Shown here: in pieces, positions 1 to 10,544 of the stretch
Layout of the letters: the number at the start of each line of letters is the position of its first letter
How positions within the stretch are numbered: the first letter of the stretch is position 1
Assembly: GCA_032718475.1 (NCBI GenBank)
Contig: JAUCBJ010005413.1
Span: forward strand, 1 to 44,720
Length of the DNA: 44,720 bases
Reading direction: 5' to 3'
Source: Nemertoderma westbladi
Lineage: Eukaryota; Animalia; Xenacoelomorpha
Made by a program: the position numbers and the translations under genes
Notes under the pieces: generated by a model
The model's input: the letters and a program-made list of their open reading frames with translations, nothing else
Told to the model about the DNA's origin: nothing
The model's database searches: none

Positions 1-199
1 TATGTCGGATTCTAAATAAAATATCTCTATCTACTGAGTCGAACGCGTAATATGTAGACAATATATGGAATGGAATTAATAATAATAAAGCGATAGAGCA
101 ACTCGAGAATGAATAAAGTATGTAATTTTCACCCAAATATTATTTATTATTTGGTGATAGAACTTATAAAACAAAAAAACAGTATGGGTCAGCAACCAT

Positions 200-1163
200 A
201 AGACCAGGCTGGTCTTGGCAGGCTGATCCTGGGCCGGTAGACGATTGATAGCCTGTTTGTCCACTCCAAGACAATACGCCATATGGTCTAAGTAACGTCG
301 TAAGTGTACGTTTACAACATCTACAGGATGGTTGATTATATTGTTGTTTCCGATGGATGCCAACATATCTTCTTTGGCCCTTGAGATAGCTTGGTCATTA
401 GCAACATACTGTCCACGTCTGTAGTTCGGCCTTTCGCCACGCTCGAACTGTCAAATTCCGACATGGTTTGCGTTATGCATCTTCTGGTAGTCCATGAGGA
501 ATTCACGGAGCGGCATATGCTGACGCTGGCAGAAGTGAGCCAATCCACTATGGAAGCTTTCAGCATCGTTATCAGTGCGCGGTCCATTATTGTTGAACTG
601 ATTGGTGAGGATAATCTTCTTTTCATTCATCCATTGTGTGTGGAAATACTGCTAGAAAACTAGCAGGTTTGTATTCACAGCAACTCGCCGCTCCGTCGAT
701 GTTCTGGATTATTTCATTATATTATACGGTGCAATGCTAGCTTCCACAGCATCATGGGATTCTAGATCTCGGTGAGGAAACTTAGTGGGAGTATTATTAA
801 CTAAATCCACGTACCTTCGTTTGGGTTTGCGCCCCCCTGTAGCAATGAGGTCTTTTCGCACTTCCCTTCGCATCTGCAAACCTTCTGAAACTGCCTCTGG
901 TTCACCATTGCAGAAGTGTCCTTGGTTGGGGTTTGTAATTACTACGCCGTCTCTCGCAGTAATAGTAGGTATCTTTAGTGGATGTCCATCACGCTCTTTA
1001 ATCTTCCTGCAGTGTGTACACGCTCGGTATTCTACTAGGTGTCCATCGGGTTCTTTTTTTGCCTTTAAATTCCAACGATATTGTATGTTTGAATCATCTT
1101 CCTTTATCGTTCTGACCTGGCTAAATAGTCTTTTACTTGAAACCTTATGCGCTTCGCTAGGCT
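200..1163 (-). pseudogene. Degenerate, internally deleted Mutator-like (MULE) transposase
   Basis: Manual minus-strand translation gives an N-terminal CCHC zinc finger (YRACTHCRKIK...IPTITARDGVVITNPNQGHFC). After a frame change come the MULE C-terminal motifs F*QYFHTQWMNEKKIILTNQFNNNGPRTDNDAESFHSGL (RTNNxxExxH-like) and HMPLREFL...GERPNYRRGQYVANDQAI...RRYLDHMAY. Stops and frameshifts are present, and the region carrying the first two catalytic Asp is missing. Confidence 0.75.
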
Positions 1164-1499
1164 AATTACATACGTACTGTAGGCTACTACAATGTACTAC
1201 GGCCTTCAGAAATGTAACTGAAACAAAACCTGAACCTGAACCTGACATCAATTTTGTAGCTTGTTCAAGGGGCCTATTGATGTTCACTCAGGCTTACCGG
1301 TACAATGATTACGCTTACAAGGGGGTAATGACTTCCACGACAGGTGTAGTAGCCCAAACTCTGATTTTATGGATTAGATATACAGTAATAATACGGTGGC
1401 TGATTTAGGCCACATTTAATTTATTTTTTTTGAAGGGGATTAAGAAAAAAATAAACTAAATTATATTATTTAGGGGTTTAAGAAAATAGAAACAAATTA

Positions 1500-1760
1500 A
1501 ACTAAATTATGTGAATATTGATTTTGATTGGTTGAAAAAAATAAATAAACTAAATTAATTATAATTCTGATTGGTTTAAAAAATAAATAAACTAAATTTA
1601 AGTTATTTCTGATTGGTTTAAAAAATAAATTAACTAAATTAACTGTATTTCTGACTGATTGGTTGAAAAAATAAATAAATTAAATTAAGTATATTTCTGA
1701 TTGGTTGAAAAAATAAATAAACTAAATTAAGTTATTTCTGATTGATTGAAAAAATAAATT
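1500..1760. repeat. Subterminal ~40-bp tandem repeats in left TIR (CTGATTGGTTGAAAAAATAAATAAACTAAATTAAGTTATTT)
   Basis: About 6 imperfect copies, mirrored in reverse complement at ~3890-4115. Confidence 0.85.
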
Positions 1761-2579
1761 CATTCAATAGGAATATTCATTCAATAGGTAATGCATTCAA
1801 TAGGAAGGGCCAACTAACAAAGAAGTACTTCTGTGCCAAGTATTATCACTCTACTCTACAACCCAAAACAAACATTAACTGGTATAGCTGGCTATTACAG
1901 TCTCAGCTGAATAACTCTTCCCAATGTTAATTAATTGGCGTGCAAGCTAAATGACTGTTAGTTACACAGTGTGTTGGCTAATATTGATTGCACTGTGCTC
2001 TCATCTAATTATTGTTTTATTTTGAAATCTTTGTGCCAACATTAATACTGTGGAGGCTGTATGCTTATAAGGCTGAATGTTTACTCAGCCTCATAATGAT
2101 TCTCCATAAGGCTAACATTATAGTTTGAAATATATAAATCTGTTATAATAATAATATCGTGGTTTACATTGAACAGTGTAAATTGTTAATCGCGGTTTAC
2201 ATCGAAACATCTCAACTTGTTTTATTTATTACAAAAATAAGATCGAATTTTTCTATCACTTCTTGAGCGCGATTGTATTGAATTCATGACAACTGCTGTT
2301 GTTGTTATTAATCAATTGACACCTCGACTCCTCTCTTACTACTCTATTCAATAGCTCTATCATTTCGCTAACTGCTCTCTATCTTCTATAATCACAACAG
2401 CTTTTATAATTCATTAGATGATTACAACATAAAAATTATAGTTTGAAGTTATCTAGAAAATTTCTCGTACACCACCGGGACTACCCTCACACTAATTTAT
2501 TATCAGACAGAACAAAAAGCTTTTACTTGACTCGTACTGTCTCCTACGACTTTCTTTACGGGCCGCTAGGCCCGTCTCT

Positions 2580-3202
2580 CTCCCGACTTCTGTTACCTGG
2601 GATCATGGATCCAGAAGTCAGGTGAGGACCTTCGAATACGTAAGGGAAAGGCATGAGCAGCCTTGAATAGGCTTTCCAGGATTTGGAAGTCACCGAGAAT
2701 TAATCGGAAACTTAAGGTCCGATTATTTAGAGCAGCAGTAGTTCCAGTACTCCTCTATGGGAGTCCATGCTGGGCTCTAACTGCTGAGAACACCAAATCT
2801 CTGGATGGCACATTCACAAGAATGCTACGCCGGGTTCATTGTGTCAAGTACAATGCACACATCTCCAACCAGACACTGTATAACATTGGAGGTGTCTCAT
2901 TGGTTCCCCCAAGCTTTACACTAGAACAAAATCGCATCCGGTTTGCAGGACATTGCTTTCGCCGTGAGGACCAGCCAGTGCATAATCTTGTACTTTGGCA
3001 GCCTCATGGAGTGAATAAGCATGGTGGACAGCCCATGACTTTCTTGAGACGCATCTTAAAGAACACTGGCCTTGAAGATGCGGATGATCTAGCAAATGCC
3101 ATGGGTGATAGGGTGTTGTGGCGGTGCAATTTTGTCGATAAGCCGGCACAGCATTCTTAAAAATGCAGCTGCAATGCAGCATGCCGATCCTAGTAGTAGT
3201 AG
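2580..3202 (+). mobile_element. 5'-truncated RTE-like non-LTR retrotransposon (copy 1) nested in the TIR element
   Basis: ORF 2663-3160 encodes the C-terminal region typical of RTE-clade ORFs (KVRLFRAAVVPVLLYGS..W, LDGTFTRMLR, RIRFAGHCFR, M.DR..WR), preceded by YLGSW. It has a (TAG)n tail at 3191-3205 and a 13-bp target-site duplication TAGGCCCGTCTCT at 2567-2579 and 3203-3215. Confidence 0.9.
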
Positions 3203-4499
3203 TAGGCCCGTCTCTAGTTATTGAATATAAGACGAAAGATTACTTGTATCTGAAAAATAACACAATTAACATACAATAACACTTTCTGAACACAATAATT
3301 ATTGTATTGATCAGTAATCTGAAAATAAGTACCCCATTCCGTTTGCCTTGGACGAGATAAACCATCATTTCTAAGACCAGTATTGTTACTCAACGTACAC
3401 TGACCATCTTCAAACTGGCGGCTGTAGTAGACCGATCGTCTTTCGGCCAGTTCTCGGGATATTTCGATGTCGTTATCTTCTTCTGGAACTACAGTTGCAC
3501 TTGGGAGCATTGGATCTACACCTGTTTCTCCCGCCGAAATTTTAACTTCGACTTCAACATCCATCATACACTGGCACAAAGATTTCAAAATAAAACAATA
3601 ATTAGATGAGAGCACAGTGCAATAATAGTAGCCAACACACTGTGTAACTAACAGTCATTTAGCTTGCACGCAAATTAACATAGCAGAGTGATTAACCTTG
3701 TTGATTTTCCATAGGATGCATTGGGAAGAGTTATTCAGCTGAGACTGTAATAGCCTTCTAAACCAGTTAATGTTTGCTTTGGGTTGTAGAGTAGAATGAT
3801 AATACTTGGCACAGAAGTACTTCTTTGTTAGTTGGCCCTTCCTATTGGATGCATTACCTATTGAATGAATATTCCTATTGAATGAAATTATTTTTTCAAC
3901 CAGTCAGAAATAACTTAATTTAGTTTATTTATTTTTTCAACCAATCAGAAATAACTTAACTTAGTTTATTTATTTTTTAAACCAATCAGAAATAACTTAA
4001 TTTAGTTTATTTATTTTTTCAACCAATCAGAAATATACTTAATTTAGTTTATTAATTTTTTCAACCAATCAGAAATATACTTAATTTAGTATATTTATTT
4101 TTTTCAACCAATCAAAATCAATATTCACATAATTTAGTTTAATTTGTTTCTGTTTTCTTAATCCCCTAAATAATATATTTTAGTTAATTTTTTTCTTAAT
4201 CCACTTTAAAAAAAAAATTAATTAAATGTGGCCTAAATCAGCCACCGTAGTAATAACGATAATATTAGTTTATTGTTGGTTTCGTGTAGGCCTCCTGTAA
4301 TAGTCAGTAGTGTTGGAGTAGGCGTGGGTAAACTAATGTAGAATGAAATTGAATAATGGGAAACGTAATGAGGCAAAGGTAATAAATAATCCTGATTTGC
4401 TCTGCTCTATGTTGGTTGATACAATGCGATGGTGACGTTGAGATTCCACCTATCTCTATACTGTAGGCTCTATACAGTATCCAGTTGGCCTTTGTTTAC

Positions 4500-4575
4500 G
4501 AGTTTCCGAAACGCGACTATGAGTTGCCGAAACGCGGCTCAAACGCTATCAGTTGCCGAAACGCGATGACACCCC
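4500..4575. repeat. Three copies of AGTTGCCGAAACGCG, probably the end of a MITE remnant
   Basis: Short GC-rich direct repeats in AT-rich DNA, ending in GACACCC. Confidence 0.45.
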
Positions 4576-6209
4576 CCTTAACTGAATGATATCACAACTC
4601 TTACCACTTTAAATCTGGCCTTCAGCGATATATGTTATATTATTAACTTTTCATATGAATTGTACATTTTAGCTCTTTTTCTATTTTCTGTAATTATTTT
4701 CCGCTTTTTGACCGTGGTTTGTTTTCCGCATGTATTCATTCACGTTTTACTTATTTTTGAATATTTACTTTTTGTTCAGTAAATATTTCAACATATATAC
4801 TTACATACTTACCACTGTCATGTAATGTAAGATTCTAGTAGGCCTACCTCCTACCTTTCCCCTGCAACATTAAAATTAAGTAAATTTACAAAGATTAATT
4901 ATATATTTCATTTCAGAGTCAAATTAAACGAATATTTTCGGTATTTTATTACTTATTTATCATTGCCTGAAAAGGGGACTGAAAAAGGGGCTGAAAAAAG
5001 ACTAGTCGGGAAGCATATCTTAAACTATAGTATTTTTTGATTAACTTTAATATTATTATCAAAATGTTGTTTTAGCATTTAAATTTATTTAAAACATTAA
5101 GGGAAAGAAGCAGTGGCGGTGTTTTCTAATCAAAACCATAAATGAAACTAAATTTCGTATGCGACCATTTTGCCCTGGAGATAATATATTATTTTACTCA
5201 AGCGACAACTTACGCCACTATCAGCCCGTGTGTCACCTATATTAACATAGATATGAATCTTCGAAAGTAATATTTATTTTAATACTAGAATGTAAATTTT
5301 GAAACGAACACATAATATTGCAAAAGCTTTATAATAGATAAATAATTATTAGTTATTAAATAATTATAAATTCTACAATGTACATTAATTTATTGGCAAT
5401 TCAACATTATTCTATAATATTTAATTATTTGTACAGTATATGAGTCTGTCAATATCAAGAAACTTATTCTAAACTGTTTGGTATAAATCATAGTAATACA
5501 CAAACTGGCACAGTTATTCTAGAACAAGTAATGAGTTCAAGAACAAACAATTATAGGTTATAAGTTGCGACGCCGTTCGAATCACAATATTGACAAAATC
5601 ATAATTAATTAATATACAGTATAGTGGACGGAATTTCTACATGACAAATAACAGAATTGCACCAAGAACCAATCCTTAACGAAATAGACGCACCATTTAA
5701 TAAGAAATTATCAATGCAGCGATGTGATAGGCACATAAATTAAACAATATTAAATTAATAAATATTTGAGCTTACACAACATAAATATTAAATATGCTAA
5801 AAATATATTGAAAATATTCGTGTATTTACAGGTTTATTTGGCTAGTATTAAATGCAACTTGAAAGCAACACAACACGCAACCATTCATAGTGATAAAAAC
5901 GTAGACTACATTTTGTTTATCGAAATTAAATGCAATATCGTACAAAAATTATTGTTAAAAATACAAACCCGTCTGTCATTAAGAATTACTATGTTGCTTG
6001 CTTATCTGTTCTTCCTGAAACGTGGCAAAGCTTTACTTACTTTATATATATTGAATGAATTACCATTATTAAAATATCTCTCAACCTTGTCCATGGCACC
6101 CAATACCTAACTCTGCGAAGTGTTATAAGAATTTACAGGATAATTTTTAAATTCCATAACATCAAATCATAAGTTAATTATAATTATATGAGCATGCGAA
6201 AATGTTATG

Positions 6210-9200
6210 TTACATAAAACTTATTAGACGACCATGTGCGTCATAAGTGTGGGGATAGTAGTTTGTCGGATTGGATTGCGGAGGGGGTTTAATAGAATCG
6301 CCATGAGTTAGCAGTCTTTCCTCACCGACGATTCCATTAACCAATGGAGGGTTGGGTGCGGGATGGACTGCATTAGGGTTTATAGTCCGGGTGTTTCCAT
6401 TTGTCCGTCTGTAGGCCATGTTGTCGATACCATCAACTACCGATTCATTGCTCGCCTCCGTTGTTCGCACATGAACCAGTTCATTGGAATCAGTTCGTGG
6501 CTTCATTTCACGTTTCCACTTGTTAAGTAATACGCATATTATAAGGATGAGGATCACAGAAAGCAGAATGAAGGCTAATACGCCAATTATGATATAGAAT
6601 GTCGTGGTGCAAATTGAGCCAATTTGTTCGCATTTAGTTGTTTTACTAGGTAATGATGTGGGTTTCGTTGTGAATGTCGCTTTCAGTATTTGTACCCTGT
6701 GCTCCTGTGATCTAGGAATGGCTGTAACTGTCGCGAGATATTGGGCACCGGGAACGATGCCTGTGAGTTCAAGCTCAGTTTCCGTTGATGAAAGTTCTTT
6801 TTTAAACCTTCCTTGGCATATCTTATCAGATAATTCTGATTTATGTTTTTTCTCGGGGGGAAAGAGATCAAACTGCTGCTCCAATGATGCTATCGCATTA
6901 TTATAAGTAGCGTCTGATGATAGTTCCACATTATTATAACATAGTCCATATGTATTATCATCATTTGAGCTGGACATATTTACAAATTGAGAACTTCGAC
7001 CACCATTTGTGCATTTCACCAAAGCTGGATCATCACACCCGAAATATGTTGTATACGAAACTGTAGTTTCTGTCAAATCCTCTATGTTGGTAACTAGTAT
7101 GCAGTTAGAGTTAGCACTGCAGGTGCTCCCTTGTAATGAGGTGGGAGACAAACATTGTGAGAACAAAGCAACAAGAAGTTCTTTAACATCAGAGGCACTT
7201 TCTTCAAAGTTTGCTTGACATTCGCTTTCAGTAGTTGTGAAACAATACCCAGCATCTGTTTCAGCCCTCTCATAACGAATGTTTTCCATTGGTATGTAAC
7301 ATATATCATAAGCACTATATATGGAAGGGTCATTTAGAGAATATACCCAATCCAGTTTAACTGTAGTGGAATTTAACTCCAGGATCATTATGTCCCTGGG
7401 TGCTCTTGTTGTTGCTTTTACCTCAGACCCAGTCACACATTTATCTCCTTGGCAGGCATTAACTCTAAACTTGTAGTCTGTTGATGGTTCAAGACCACCA
7501 ATCGTCTTAGTCATAGTTGGGTGAGGTACTGTTACCTCTGTGGCATCATCTACAGTATCTGTATAAAAGATTATGGTGTACGATATAATAGGGCCATTTG
7601 AATCATATGCAGTTACTTCTTCCCATACTATATCCATAGACCATGGAGTAATATTATCTGCATGGGGCCGTTGTACCGATGCTAATGGTGTTCTGGATAT
7701 AGTCTTAATTGAAATTACATCACTGTAAGGACTCCAGTGATCACCACTGGCACTAGAGGAACCGGCTGCTAGCCTAACCTCGTAATCTGTAAATGATTTT
7801 AGAGATGTAACTTGATATGTTTGCGAATTTTGATTCTGTGAATCTACCTCTACTGCCATCCATTCAACATTAGATCTTACACTGCGTACATTGTCAATTA
7901 TTGAAGATCGTCTCCGTCTGTCTGTTTCTGGGCTCATTTTTACACGATATTCTATCTTATATTTACTAATGCCAAATGTTCCACCTTGGGAAGGTTGCGA
8001 CCAAGTAACCTGGAATCCCACTTCATGTGGAATTACAGATATTTGCCAAGGTACACTTGGAGCCAGGCTAGATGTACTGGCAGTAATCTCATTACTTAAT
8101 TCACTATCTCCATTCAAATTAAGTGCTACTACTGCAAATTTGTACGCTTTATTTTGTTCAAAACCCTCACTTCCATGTTGTGATACTTCAAGTTCTCTGT
8201 CAGACTCATTTGTAGTTTCACCGCATGTGATCCACTCATCGCTGCTCAAACCAACTTCGGCACACTTAACTTTGTATCGAATTAGTGGGGATGCCCCTTC
8301 TGGCACAACAGCCGCTTGCCACGTCACTATGAAAGAGTCCCATGTTAATTCCTTTAAGACAACAGAATTCAATGTAGGAGTAATAATGTTGTTTGTTACA
8401 AAAATATTTAAAGAGCCTTCATCATGTCCAGCGTTATTTCTCACTATACATTTGTAATTGCCAATATCATCCTCTGAAACTGATTCAATTAATAAAGTAT
8501 GGCTATCTATTATGTATTTGCCACTATTTAATACTTCGACTGGATCTGACCCATCACTTTGAAATTCCCAAGCGATGGAGGCCACTGCGCCAATACTATA
8601 CTCACAACTTATAGTGACATCTTCTCCATGTTTCACATTATTTCCACCTAAGGGTACTGTAACTTTTGGAAATCCATCTTTTATAACTGGTGATCCAACA
8701 AAATGGACATGAATTGTGTCCAAAGGGTCTCCATTGTTTAGAGCTGGTGGACCAGATTTTGATTCACCATCAATTATGTTGGATACAATGCATTGGTATC
8801 TGCCAGTATCATTTGGTAATATGTTTTCAAGTGTAACAGAGTTACTATTTGCATTTTCGAGGGTTATTTCATCATGTTTCCAAGAATATGTCAAAGGTGT
8901 ATTAGGATTTCCATCTGCTCTACATTCTAGAGTCACTGTTGATCCTGCAGTTATTTGATTGGTAACTTCACCAGTACTTGTTGTTACTGTGGTTATTATA
9001 TTTGTTACATATGCTGGAACCATGACATCTATTTGAACAACTCGAGTAACAGTATGGTCGACACCATTGATAGTGTTCATAGCTTCACATGCATAATCAC
9101 CAGAATCGTCAGAGTCAGGATTAAATACCTTGAGAATGCTATTGTTATCTCCACTACTATCAACTGTAATTTCTTGTGGAATCGAGTTGATAACGTTGCC

Positions 9201-10544
9201 ATTAAATTTCCATGTAATGACTATAGGTTGTGTTCCTTCTGTTACGCAATTTATAGTCATCTCTTGAGTTTCACCTTTAATTATTGTGTCTCTTTGATCA
9301 AGTGTTATAATCTTCGCTGGAACTTTAACATCAATATCGATGGTGATGTCATCTTGAAGTGACTCGGATTCAATGACATTAGAAGCTACACATCGATATT
9401 GGCCACTGTTCTGCTCTGTAACATCTACCAGTGAAAGTGTCGATTCGGTTTCTCCTGTTAGAACAGATTCTCCAGGAGTACCAGAAGTTGGAGTAAACTT
9501 CCAGGAATAATTTACCTCCGGCCGCCCTTCTGCATCACAATTTAGAACAACATCATCTCCTTCAATGATTGCATCCTTATTTGCAGGACTTGTTACTACC
9601 AGTGTCTTAATATTTGGATGAAAATATATTTCAACATCCTCAAGAATGGTGATCGGAACACCATTGTTAAATTTTGTGGCTTTACATTCGTATTTTTTTG
9701 CATCAATAAAAGTTGGATTGTTTATCTGTACTGATACTAGATATTGTGGTATGTTGTGTACTACAAAGTTCTGTGGGGGCCATTGTTCACCTTGGGCCTG
9801 AGAAGAGTCATGAACAGAAACTTCAAATACATGGTCTAAAGGAGTGCTGCAAGTAAACTCAAACTTTTCATCACCTGCTGTTATGTAATCGGGGGATTGC
9901 TTACTTATTTCCATCCCAGACCTAACAGTTAGCCGAACGTCAGTTCGAGAAGTAACTTCCTCACCATGATAAGTTCCTGAGACAATACATGTATAGAGGC
10001 CGTCATTCGCAGCCGTTGCTTCTTCAATATGTAGAAACCCTTCATCGGGATTCGGAGTAGCGTTACCTAACTCGGAGCAAGGTTTATTGAGACATAACCA
10101 GGAAACAATGTATTCTCGACTAGTTGGGTGGCAGTAAAAGAAATGGGAATCTCCTTTAGAAAGGGTAAAATCAATTGGGGGGCGAATAGGTCTGGGTGGA
10201 ATAAGAACTTCTATCCTAAGTTGTGGAGATTTGTTAGAGTTACCATAATGGCATGTATAGACTCCCTCATCTGTTTTTTGAATGTTGGTTATTATAAGCT
10301 TGTGAGAAACTTTTTCATATTTATCTGGATAATTTTCGAGTATCAACTCATTACCATCTTTTGTCCATATTACATCGGGTGGTTGCTCATCAGGAGCAGA
10401 TTCGATGAAACAAATTAGAGTAACATCTTCTCCTTCATCAATATCACCCAACTTGGGTTCCACACCTAGTTCAGTGACGGTACCAGCAGCAACAGTAAAC
10501 AGGTAGAACAAAAGAAAGAAGCTCTTATATGTTGAGATACCCAT
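6210..10544 (-). CDS. Ig/FN3 single-pass transmembrane adhesion/receptor protein, paralog A (1444 aa; 7 Ig, 4 FN3, intronless ORF)
   Basis: Uninterrupted 4.3-kb ORF with a signal peptide (MGISTYKSFFLLFYLFTVAAG). It has repeated C...W...DxGxYxC Ig motifs, FN3 motifs (W...Y...L.P.T.Y), a hydrophobic TM segment FYIIIGVLAFILLSVILILIICVLL and a ~100-aa tail. Confidence 0.93.
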   Translation of the reverse strand: MGISTYKSFFLLFYLFTVAAGTVTELGVEPKLGDIDEGEDVTLICFIESAPDEQPPDVIWTKDGNELILENYPDKYEKVSHKLIITNIQKTDEGVYTCHYGNSNKSPQLRIEVLIPPRPIRPPIDFTLSKGDSHFFYCHPTSREYIVSWLCLNKPCSELGNATPNPDEGFLHIEEATAANDGLYTCIVSGTYHGEEVTSRTDVRLTVRSGMEISKQSPDYITAGDEKFEFTCSTPLDHVFEVSVHDSSQAQGEQWPPQNFVVHNIPQYLVSVQINNPTFIDAKKYECKATKFNNGVPITILEDVEIYFHPNIKTLVVTSPANKDAIIEGDDVVLNCDAEGRPEVNYSWKFTPTSGTPGESVLTGETESTLSLVDVTEQNSGQYRCVASNVIESESLQDDITIDIDVKVPAKIITLDQRDTIIKGETQEMTINCVTEGTQPIVITWKFNGNVINSIPQEITVDSSGDNNSILKVFNPDSDDSGDYACEAMNTINGVDHTVTRVVQIDVMVPAYVTNIITTVTTSTGEVTNQITAGSTVTLECRADGNPNTPLTYSWKHDEITLENANSNSVTLENILPNDTGRYQCIVSNIIDGESKSGPPALNNGDPLDTIHVHFVGSPVIKDGFPKVTVPLGGNNVKHGEDVTISCEYSIGAVASIAWEFQSDGSDPVEVLNSGKYIIDSHTLLIESVSEDDIGNYKCIVRNNAGHDEGSLNIFVTNNIITPTLNSVVLKELTWDSFIVTWQAAVVPEGASPLIRYKVKCAEVGLSSDEWITCGETTNESDRELEVSQHGSEGFEQNKAYKFAVVALNLNGDSELSNEITASTSSLAPSVPWQISVIPHEVGFQVTWSQPSQGGTFGISKYKIEYRVKMSPETDRRRRSSIIDNVRSVRSNVEWMAVEVDSQNQNSQTYQVTSLKSFTDYEVRLAAGSSSASGDHWSPYSDVISIKTISRTPLASVQRPHADNITPWSMDIVWEEVTAYDSNGPIISYTIIFYTDTVDDATEVTVPHPTMTKTIGGLEPSTDYKFRVNACQGDKCVTGSEVKATTRAPRDIMILELNSTTVKLDWVYSLNDPSIYSAYDICYIPMENIRYERAETDAGYCFTTTESECQANFEESASDVKELLVALFSQCLSPTSLQGSTCSANSNCILVTNIEDLTETTVSYTTYFGCDDPALVKCTNGGRSSQFVNMSSSNDDNTYGLCYNNVELSSDATYNNAIASLEQQFDLFPPEKKHKSELSDKICQGRFKKELSSTETELELTGIVPGAQYLATVTAIPRSQEHRVQILKATFTTKPTSLPSKTTKCEQIGSICTTTFYIIIGVLAFILLSVILILIICVLLNKWKREMKPRTDSNELVHVRTTEASNESVVDGIDNMAYRRTNGNTRTINPNAVHPAPNPPLVNGIVGEERLLTHGDSIKPPPQSNPTNYYPHTYDAHGRLISFM

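Larger units (their letters stand above)
1394..4247. mobile_element. Non-autonomous DNA transposon with ~650-bp terminal inverted repeats (1394-2038 / 3572-4247)
   Basis: CGGTGGCTGATTTAGGCCACATTTAAT at 1394 is the reverse complement of the sequence ending at 4247, and similarity continues inward for about 650 bp. TA flanks both ends. No transposase is recognisable inside. Confidence 0.9.

Noticed and set aside
76-366. Death-domain-like look of YLDHMAYCLGVDKQAI
   Set aside because: Better explained as the C-terminal helix of the upstream MULE transposase remnant.
6604-10418. Short antisense and alternate-frame ORFs over genes A, B and C (some repeated between A and B)
   Set aside because: Shadows of the real CDSs. 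Their recurrence reflects A/B nucleotide identity.
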